Source: an uncultured Opitutales bacterium
GTDB taxonomy: Bacteria > Verrucomicrobiota > Verrucomicrobiia > Opitutales > Intestinicryptomonadaceae
Direction: 5' to 3'
Assembly (NCBI GenBank): GCA_934660865.1
Contig: CAKUIA010000013.1
Span: forward strand, 30,001 to 62,000
Length of the DNA: 32,000 bases
In this document: piece by piece, positions 17,451-24,363 of the stretch
Numbering within the stretch: position 1 is the stretch's first letter
How the letters are laid out: every line of letters starts with the position of its first letter
Made by a program: the position numbers and the translations under genes
The notes under the pieces: model-generated
Told to the model about the DNA's origin: nothing
What the model saw: the letters and a program-made list of their open reading frames with translations, nothing else
Database searches by the model: none

Positions 17451-18671
17451 CTACTTTGCCGCGGCCGCATTCAAGGTAAAGCGCCTTTTTAAAGAGCTTT
17501 GCAGCCGCGTATCGGCGTCGAACTGCATTGCATACGCCAAGTATCTTGCAACAAGGTCGTTGCGCAAATTTTTTGCAACCGAATTTTGCGCGACAATCCC
17601 CATAAGCCCCTTTACGGTGTTTTCCCTGTCGGCATTGCTTTTTATAAGCGAGGCGTCTTTTGCGACTTTTCGGGCAAAATCCATTTGCGCTTCGCTTTGC
17701 ATAAAATCCAAAATTTTTCTAAACGGCTTGTAGGTTCCGGTCGCAAAAAATTCGCCCCAAAGCAGGTCTATGTCGGCAACCGACAAGGTTGCGGAATACG
17801 CGTCGAAGGAAAAGTCGCACTCGTTTCTAAAATAGTTTTGGTAAAAAACCTCGTCGCGGCAAAGCCTGTTTTGCCCCACCGCTTTTGCGCCGCAAATCGC
17901 AAAAAGCGCAAGCGTTTTTATGCGCATATCCGGGTGCATTTTGTCGAAATCTTCGTCGAGCTTTTCAAGCAAAAATTTGTGTTTTTTAAACGCAAATTTA
18001 AAAAATGAGCAGGCAAAGGGGTTAAAGCCGCGCCAATTACCCTTTAAAAAAAAGTTTAAGTCTTTGCAAAAAAATGCGGCGTATAAATTTTCGGGCGAAA
18101 AGTTTTGGTTAAAACCCGAATAAAAATCGGCAAGCGATTCTATTTTTATATCGGGCCTTACCCACTCTTTTAGCGTAAATTTCGAGACGCACTGCGCAGT
18201 TTCGCGCGAAACGTAATTTTGCGCCGAAAATGTAATTTGGTAGTCGCCCGCAATATCCGACTTTTCCATTTGCACGGTAAACGAAAGGGGCAGCTCGATA
18301 TAGCAGCCCGCCTTTTGCTGCACACCGCTAACGTAGTCGTCGAAAACCGCTTTCGCCGCGCTGTTGTCGCATTTCGAAACGGTTATAACGCATTTTATTT
18401 TAAAGGCGTCGCCGTCGTTTTTTGCCGCGTTATAGGCCATTGGCACATACAAAAAATCCTCGCCGGCATATACCGTGTTTACATAGGCTATTTTCGCGGT
18501 ATTAGGCGGCGACTTAAACCAATAGTCCATATTCTTGTCGCCGAGCGTAGTATACGAAACTACGCCGAATTTGCCGTTGTTGGCATCGGCATTGCCCGAA
18601 TTTGCGTCGGCAAAAACCCCGCCGCCGAATGCGGCAAACGCCAATGCAAACACTAACGCAAATCTACGCAT
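17451..18671 (-). CDS. Hypothetical exported protein (406 aa), no recognised family
   Basis: Signal peptide MRRFALVFALAFAAFGGGVFA. The ATG overlaps the mcsB stop codon (ATGCGTAG, 18664-18671). By composition, the N-terminal half looks beta-rich and the C-terminal half helical. Confidence 0.75.
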   Translation of the reverse strand: MRRFALVFALAFAAFGGGVFADANSGNADANNGKFGVVSYTTLGDKNMDYWFKSPPNTAKIAYVNTVYAGEDFLYVPMAYNAAKNDGDAFKIKCVITVSKCDNSAAKAVFDDYVSGVQQKAGCYIELPLSFTVQMEKSDIAGDYQITFSAQNYVSRETAQCVSKFTLKEWVRPDIKIESLADFYSGFNQNFSPENLYAAFFCKDLNFFLKGNWRGFNPFACSFFKFAFKKHKFLLEKLDEDFDKMHPDMRIKTLALFAICGAKAVGQNRLCRDEVFYQNYFRNECDFSFDAYSATLSVADIDLLWGEFFATGTYKPFRKILDFMQSEAQMDFARKVAKDASLIKSNADRENTVKGLMGIVAQNSVAKNLRNDLVARYLAYAMQFDADTRLQSSLKRRFTLNAAAAK

Positions 18672-19773
18672 TTTTTGCGCGCTTTTTTGTCAACAAAGAT
18701 TTGTCGAGCTTAAATACGGGGTCTTTTATAAAGCCCAAAGCCTTTTTTATGTAAAGCGCCCTGAAAATGTCCCTTTCCTCGCTTGTCATATCGTAGCAGG
18801 CCGCCTCGCACATAAGGTGGGCGCACTGCACGCCAAGCATTAAAAAGTTTACTATCTTGGCCTTGTTTTTCGTAAAATAGCCCATTGCAAAGCCCAGCCT
18901 TACCGCCGACAAGCACTCCAATGCCTCGGCCGAATTTATAAGCTCGCAATACAAAAGTTTGCCCCAGGCCCTGCCTATTTTGTCGAACAAAACCGCGGGG
19001 GTGTCTTTTAAGAGCTTTTTTCTGGCGTCCAGCTCGAAAGATTCAACCTTCTTTGCCATTTCGGTTACTTTTGCGATAATTTCGGCCTCCGAAAGCCCCA
19101 TTGTGCGCTGGTTCGAAAGCTGGTACATAGAGCCAAGCGACTCGCTGCCCTCGCCGTTTGCGCCCCTTATTACTATGCCAAGCTGCGCAAGCCCGCGGGC
19201 GATTTTCTCGATTAAGTCCGACATTTCAAGCGCGGGCAAATGTAGCATAACCGACGCCCTCATACCCGTGCCCGCATTGCTGGGGCACCCGGTTAAATAG
19301 CCGTATTTTTCGGAAACCGCATAGCTTAGTTTGCCCTCAAGCTCGCTGTCGAATTCGTCCAGTTTTTGCCAAATTTTGTCGAGCGACAAGCCCTGCTGTA
19401 TAGACTGTATCCTTAAATGGTCCTCCTCGTTTACCATAACAACGCAGTCGAGGTTTTTCGACATAAACACGCCGCCGACTTTGTTTTTATTTTCGCAAAG
19501 CTCCTTGCTTATAAGCCTGCATTCGAGTAAAAAAAGGCGCTCGCTGTCGGTTAAATCCGACATCGCAAAAATCTTTGCGCCCCTGCCTTTTTTTGTGTTT
19601 TTTAGGGCGTTGCAAACCGTTTGGTACACATTCTCAAGTTCGTCTTTCGACGCCGACGAGATGAATTTTGCGTCGGACAAATTGCGGGCGAGCCTTATGC
19701 GCGAGCTTACAATTACGGGGGTTTCGTTTATATTGTATATTCCCGCATCGTTTTCTATCAAAAATTTTATCAT
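18664..19773 (-). CDS. mcsB: Protein arginine kinase McsB (ATP:guanido phosphotransferase family)
   Basis: 369 aa. VSSRIRLARN, NEEDHLRIQ and the phosphagen-kinase active-site motif GCPSNAGTGMRASVMLHLPAL. It is collinear with my recollection of Bacillus McsB, including the C-terminal CLSAVRLG region. Confidence 0.9.
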   Translation of the reverse strand: MIKFLIENDAGIYNINETPVIVSSRIRLARNLSDAKFISSASKDELENVYQTVCNALKNTKKGRGAKIFAMSDLTDSERLFLLECRLISKELCENKNKVGGVFMSKNLDCVVMVNEEDHLRIQSIQQGLSLDKIWQKLDEFDSELEGKLSYAVSEKYGYLTGCPSNAGTGMRASVMLHLPALEMSDLIEKIARGLAQLGIVIRGANGEGSESLGSMYQLSNQRTMGLSEAEIIAKVTEMAKKVESFELDARKKLLKDTPAVLFDKIGRAWGKLLYCELINSAEALECLSAVRLGFAMGYFTKNKAKIVNFLMLGVQCAHLMCEAACYDMTSEERDIFRALYIKKALGFIKDPVFKLDKSLLTKKRAKNA

Positions 19774-20300
19774 TACTTTTTCGGGCTTGTGGGTTTTAGC
19801 TCTTTTATTTTGTCGCGCAATACGGCGGCGTCTTCGTAGCGCTCTTCGGCTACGGCCTCGTTAAGCTGCTCGTTAAGGTTTTTAAGCAGATTTTTTGGAA
19901 TCTTTTTTTCGAGAACTTTGGGCATTTTGCCGCAATGCCTGTTCGAGCCGTGCATTTGCATTAAAATTTCGTCGAACTTGTCGGCAAAGGCCTCGTAGCA
20001 ATACGCGCACGAAACCCTGCCCGTCTTTTCGAAATGCGAAAATTCGGCCTCGCAATTCGGGCATTTTTTTGCGGCCGAACTCCTTTCGGGCTGCTTACCG
20101 CTTTCGCTTTCGGCGGTGTCTAAGGGCACATTCTGAGCCTGCCCCAAAGCCACTTGCGTGTTTACCAATGCCTCTATCTGCGCAGGGTTTTCCTTTGCGC
20201 ATTTTTCGCACAAATGAATTTTAAACTTCTGTCCGTTTATAATTTTGGTTATGTGAACAGTAGCCTTTTTTCCGCAAATGTCGCACTTGTAATCCGCCAT
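19773..20300 (-). CDS. mcsA: McsA-like activator (paired CxxC zinc fingers plus a C-terminal UVR domain)
   Basis: CDICGKK...CEKC and CPNCEAEF...CAYC, then the UVR motif AVAEERYEDAAVLRDKIKELK. Its stop overlaps the mcsB ATG (TAATG). Confidence 0.8.
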   Translation of the reverse strand: MADYKCDICGKKATVHITKIINGQKFKIHLCEKCAKENPAQIEALVNTQVALGQAQNVPLDTAESESGKQPERSSAAKKCPNCEAEFSHFEKTGRVSCAYCYEAFADKFDEILMQMHGSNRHCGKMPKVLEKKIPKNLLKNLNEQLNEAVAEERYEDAAVLRDKIKELKPTSPKK

Positions 20301-20307
20301 AGTTCTA

Positions 20308-21849
20308 CTACATTTTCAACAGTTCTTCGGCAGAAGGTATGTCGCGTATAATCTGCGAGGGCATCGGGCCTACGCCTATATACCTTAAATTCGGAATGCG
20401 CGTTGGCTCTTTTCCCCTGTTTGCCAACCTTACAATGGTCTTAAAGCAAAATACGACATAGTCTTTAGCCTCTTTAGGCAAATCGGCAAAACTGCGCACG
20501 TTTGAAATGTCTTTTGTAAAGGGCTTTAATTTGGCGTATACGGGAACAAGCTTTTTCCTTAGCGTGTCGTTGCGGGGAACATACTCGTACTCCTTGCCGG
20601 TTTGCGGGTCTTTATAGGCAACGCAAACATTCAAATCTTCCCAGCCTTCCTCGCATTTAAGGGCGTCTAGCTTGTTTATTATAAGGTCGTCGTAGCCGCC
20701 GTAGCGCAGGGTGTCGGCCTTTTCGACGCAGTCGAACCAGCCCACCATGCGCTGGCGCCCCGTGCTTGTACCGAACTCAAGCTTTTTAAGCTTTTGCGTA
20801 AGGGGCTTTTCGTCGTCCATTTTTGTAAGGAACAAGTGCGTTCCCACTTTTGTGTCGTACGCCTTGCAGCACCCCAAAGTGTGCACGGGCATTACGGGCA
20901 AGGCCGCGCTTTGGAAAAACTCGGGAACCGTTGTATGCGACGCCGTAACATTGGGCGCAAAACCGTGGCGTTTGTCCAGCCAATAGGCCTGGCCGAATTC
21001 GCCTATTATGTAGCGGCCCTCCTCCAAAACCTTTTGGCAAAGCTCGCGCACGTCGGCAATGTTTTTGGCCAATTTTTGCCCGGCGTTCCAATAAACTTTA
21101 ACCGTTTTTTCGATATCCAATTCGAAGGGTTTTTTGCCCTTGAATACCGAAAAGTCGAATTCGGACTTGTCGAACACACCCTGCTCTATTGCGGCGGCGT
21201 TCGCCCTAAGCTCCGCATTTGTAAGTATGTCGAAAAATCCGTCCCAATCGCTTTCTGAAACCTTGCAAACATACTTTATAGTGTCGCAAGCCCTAAGCAG
21301 CTGCCCCGACAGTTTCTTTTCGAAATCGGCATAATCGCCGAGAAAATCGCTATACCAAATTTGGAACTGGCCGACTTCGTCCATATACGAGGGGGTTATG
21401 CCCCTGCCCGTAGAGCCGCGGGGGGCTTCCTTTAAAACGTTGACCCTGTATTTTTCCCAGGCCAAATCCAAAAGCCTGTGGCCTACGTCGCTTAAAAGCG
21501 TGCGCTCGTCTATAACAAGCCTCGAAAAGATGTTATAGCCCTGTCTTTCGAGCGGTTCGCCCTCCCAAATAAACTTGCGCGGGTCGGCAACAACGCCGCA
21601 GCCGATAGCCAAAAACTCTACCGACTTTTCTATCACGCCAGCAGGCAAAAGGTTAAGTTTTACGTTGCCCGCCGTATGCCCCGAATTTGCGCCGCCGTTT
21701 ACTTTTATAACTATGCCGGCAATGTCGTCCTTTTTGGTTTGAGACTTTAATTCGTCTATTACTTCGTATACGAGACGGCCTTTGCCTTCGTCGCCCATGC
21801 TGATGCCCGTGTCGGCAATCAACTGACTTTTAAATTTTGTCAACGCCAT
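20308..21849 (-). CDS. purA: Adenylosuccinate synthetase, unusually long and divergent form (513 aa)
   Basis: All core motifs are present but divergent: SMGDEGKGR, NGGANSGHT, GSTGRGITPSY, EFGTSTGRQRMVGW, INKLD and GVGP. It is about 80 aa longer than a typical bacterial PurA, mainly through insertions after the first and third motifs. Confidence 0.75.
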   Translation of the reverse strand: MALTKFKSQLIADTGISMGDEGKGRLVYEVIDELKSQTKKDDIAGIVIKVNGGANSGHTAGNVKLNLLPAGVIEKSVEFLAIGCGVVADPRKFIWEGEPLERQGYNIFSRLVIDERTLLSDVGHRLLDLAWEKYRVNVLKEAPRGSTGRGITPSYMDEVGQFQIWYSDFLGDYADFEKKLSGQLLRACDTIKYVCKVSESDWDGFFDILTNAELRANAAAIEQGVFDKSEFDFSVFKGKKPFELDIEKTVKVYWNAGQKLAKNIADVRELCQKVLEEGRYIIGEFGQAYWLDKRHGFAPNVTASHTTVPEFFQSAALPVMPVHTLGCCKAYDTKVGTHLFLTKMDDEKPLTQKLKKLEFGTSTGRQRMVGWFDCVEKADTLRYGGYDDLIINKLDALKCEEGWEDLNVCVAYKDPQTGKEYEYVPRNDTLRKKLVPVYAKLKPFTKDISNVRSFADLPKEAKDYVVFCFKTIVRLANRGKEPTRIPNLRYIGVGPMPSQIIRDIPSAEELLKM

Positions 21850-21947
21850 ATTTTTAAAGTATATTATGATTCCGTTAAAAATAAACTTTCAGTTAATCCT
21901 ATAAAAATCGTCTTGTAAAGCTTTCTTTATTATGTATTTTTTGCGTT

Positions 21948-23246
21948 ATGAACTTAAGACAATTCGTATATATGATTTCGGCGGCGCTAATTGCGTTGCC
22001 TTGTTTTGATTCTTTTGCGCAAAGCGCGCATTCAAAAACGCCGATGATAAAAAGCTGCAAGGGCCTTGTAGTTACCGGTTATCAGGGCTGGTTTAGAACC
22101 CCAAACGACAACAGCCGCCGCGGCTGGGTGCACTGGAACGGCAAACTTAGGGAATTTTCGCCGAGAAGCTGCACCATAGACTTTTGGCCGTATACAAAGG
22201 AATACGAAAAGCTGTACGACACGGGCTTTACAAACCCCGACGGCACTGTTGCCCAGGTATTTAGCTCGTACGACTACTCTACCGTAGACACCCACTTTAA
22301 GTGGATGAAGCAATACGGCATAGACGCCGCTTTCATGCAGAGATTTTACGGAGCTACCGTCCACAACCCCAACGACGGGCGAACCGTTATAGGCAACGCC
22401 TACAAAGCCGCGCAAAAATACGGGGTGGGCATAATGGTTATGTACGACATTTCGGGTATGCCCAAAGGCGAAGTAGCCCAAAAGCTTATCGACGACTGGA
22501 AATATTTTGTAGACACCGTAAAGATAACGGGAGGCGACAACAACGTATATGTAAGGCACAACAACAAACCCCTTGTATGTGTTTGGGGCATAGGCTTTAA
22601 CGATAGGCATTTTTCGCCCGAAGAAAGCGACATAAACAAGTTTTTCGACTTCTTAAAGAACGACGAAAGATACGGCAACTGCTCTATAATGATAGGCGTG
22701 CCAACGGGCTGGCGCACTCTGGATACCGACTGCATAAAAAACCCGAAGTTGCACGAATTTTTAAAGAAGTATGCCGACATTATTTCGCCCTGGAATATAG
22801 GCAGGTACAGCATGAAAAACGGCGTGCACCGCTGGTCTAAGGGCGAATTGACAAAAATGGTCGAAAAGGACATAGCCTGGTGCGAGGAAAAAAACAAAAG
22901 CTACATGCCCACAATATACCCCGGCTTTTCGTGGTACAATTTGCAGAAAGTTGAAGGCTTAACGAACAATGCCCGCCTAAACCAAATCCCGCGCGAAAAG
23001 GGCAAATTCTTCTGGAATATGGCGGCCCAGGCGGTTGAAGGCGGAGCCGAAATGCTCTATTATTCGATGTTCGACGAAGTTGACGAAGGCACTGCAATCT
23101 TCAAAATATCGAATACCCCGCCCTCTACCGAAGGCTGCCCCTTTGCCGACTTAGAGGGTATGCCCGAAGACCACTACCTGTTCCTTGCAGGCAAGGCAAA
23201 GGAAATGCTTAAAAGCGGCTCGGCTTTGCCAATGCCGAAAAGATAA
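21948..23246 (+). CDS. Exported putative glycoside hydrolase, GH99-like TIM barrel
   Basis: 432 aa. Signal peptide MISAALIALPCFDSFAQS. Motifs VVTGYQGWF and YYSMFDEVDEGTAIFK resemble the FNEWxEGT catalytic segment of GH99-type enzymes. The family assignment is tentative. Confidence 0.6.
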   Translation: MNLRQFVYMISAALIALPCFDSFAQSAHSKTPMIKSCKGLVVTGYQGWFRTPNDNSRRGWVHWNGKLREFSPRSCTIDFWPYTKEYEKLYDTGFTNPDGTVAQVFSSYDYSTVDTHFKWMKQYGIDAAFMQRFYGATVHNPNDGRTVIGNAYKAAQKYGVGIMVMYDISGMPKGEVAQKLIDDWKYFVDTVKITGGDNNVYVRHNNKPLVCVWGIGFNDRHFSPEESDINKFFDFLKNDERYGNCSIMIGVPTGWRTLDTDCIKNPKLHEFLKKYADIISPWNIGRYSMKNGVHRWSKGELTKMVEKDIAWCEEKNKSYMPTIYPGFSWYNLQKVEGLTNNARLNQIPREKGKFFWNMAAQAVEGGAEMLYYSMFDEVDEGTAIFKISNTPPSTEGCPFADLEGMPEDHYLFLAGKAKEMLKSGSALPMPKR

Positions 23247-23270
23247 ATACCGCAAAGCACAAAACAAAAA

Positions 23271-23307
23271 CGGCGCAAAGAAAAAATCCCCTTTGTGCCG
23301 TTTTTTT
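23271..23307. terminator. Bidirectional intrinsic terminator between convergent genes
   Basis: 10-bp stem cggcgcaaag / ctttgtgccg (one G-U pair), 10-nt loop, T7 run on the plus strand. The upstream sequence aaaacaaaaa supplies a T-rich tail for the minus strand. Confidence 0.65.
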
Positions 23308-23332
23308 GCAAACATAACCCTATGCAAAGCAC

Positions 23333-24316
23333 CTAGCGGGTAATTACAACCTTGCCGCCCCTTTGCGACATTGCCGCAACTTTCAGCGCCTCTTTTATGT
23401 CTTTAAGCTGAAACCTTGCAGAAACGGGAGCCTTTAGCTTGCCCGCCTTTATGTAGCCGAAAATTTCGTCAAGCACCTTTTGTATTTCGTCTTTTGTGTG
23501 GATGCGCTGCCACTTGTCCCACCAAAAGCCCCTAAGGCGCAAATCGTTGAAAATCAAAAATCTGGTCGGGAACCTTACGGGCTCGCCCGTCATGCCGCCT
23601 ACGGTTACAACCGTGCCGGAATCGGCCATAACTTTTATCATATTCGAAACGCTGTTGCCGCCTATTTGGTTTAGGCCAAGTTTGGGCAATGGATACGTTG
23701 CCCTAATCTTTTTGTAGTCGAACTCGGCTTCGTCTACAACAACCGTTGCCCCTATGTCTTTCAACGCTTTTTCCCTTTCCTTTGCGTTGCGCAGCATATT
23801 TATGGTGTTGATTTTTCTTTCGGCGCAAAGCTGAATCATAAAATAGCCGAGCGCGCTCGAAGCCCCGTTTTGTATAATCCAGTCGCCCTCCTTTAACCCG
23901 CAAAAATCGCGCAGCACGCGCAAAGCCGTGGGCGGGTTTATAAAGGCCATGCACGCGGCGTCGTAGTCTACGCCCTCGGGCACGCTGTATAGCGAATCGG
24001 CGTCAGCCACGCAATATTCGCGCCAAGCCCCCTGTTCGGGCGGCATTCTTACAATGTCGCCAACCTTTAGGCTGCAAACGTTTTTGCCTACGGCTTCAAT
24101 TTGCCCAATACCCTCGCGCCCGGCAACTGCGGGCAGCTTTTTTAGCGTGCCGTACGAGCCGCCAATCATGCCCATATCCGACGGGTTTATAACCGCCCTT
24201 AAAAATTTTACAAGAACCTGGGTTTCGCCCATTTCCTCGAGATTTATTTCGCTATAGTTTACCTCTTGCGACGGCGTTCCGTATGCGTTGTAGACGGCGG
24301 CGAATGTAGTTTTCAT
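23333..24316 (-). CDS. Medium-chain dehydrogenase/reductase, 2-enoyl thioester reductase (ETR/MECR)-like NADPH oxidoreductase
   Basis: 327 aa. AVINPSDMGMIGGSYG resembles the MECR/ETR1 signature. Nucleotide-binding segment IIQNGASSALGYFMIQL. There are no structural-zinc Cys motifs, consistent with the quinone/enoyl reductase branch. Confidence 0.75.
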   Translation of the reverse strand: MKTTFAAVYNAYGTPSQEVNYSEINLEEMGETQVLVKFLRAVINPSDMGMIGGSYGTLKKLPAVAGREGIGQIEAVGKNVCSLKVGDIVRMPPEQGAWREYCVADADSLYSVPEGVDYDAACMAFINPPTALRVLRDFCGLKEGDWIIQNGASSALGYFMIQLCAERKINTINMLRNAKEREKALKDIGATVVVDEAEFDYKKIRATYPLPKLGLNQIGGNSVSNMIKVMADSGTVVTVGGMTGEPVRFPTRFLIFNDLRLRGFWWDKWQRIHTKDEIQKVLDEIFGYIKAGKLKAPVSARFQLKDIKEALKVAAMSQRGGKVVITR

Positions 24317-24363
24317 AATTTGCTATTGTGTATTTTGTTTAAATGCTATTCTTTTGTAGGGGT

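Noticed and set aside
18664-21849. Reading purA-like plus mcsA-mcsB as a nucleotide-modifying anti-phage system (by analogy with PurZ-type enzymes)
   Set aside because: The PurA-like protein appears to retain the aspartate- and IMP-binding residues I can recall. McsA and McsB look orthodox, and there are no nuclease, toxin or mobile-element neighbours. The idea is kept only as a low-probability alternative under the purA finding.
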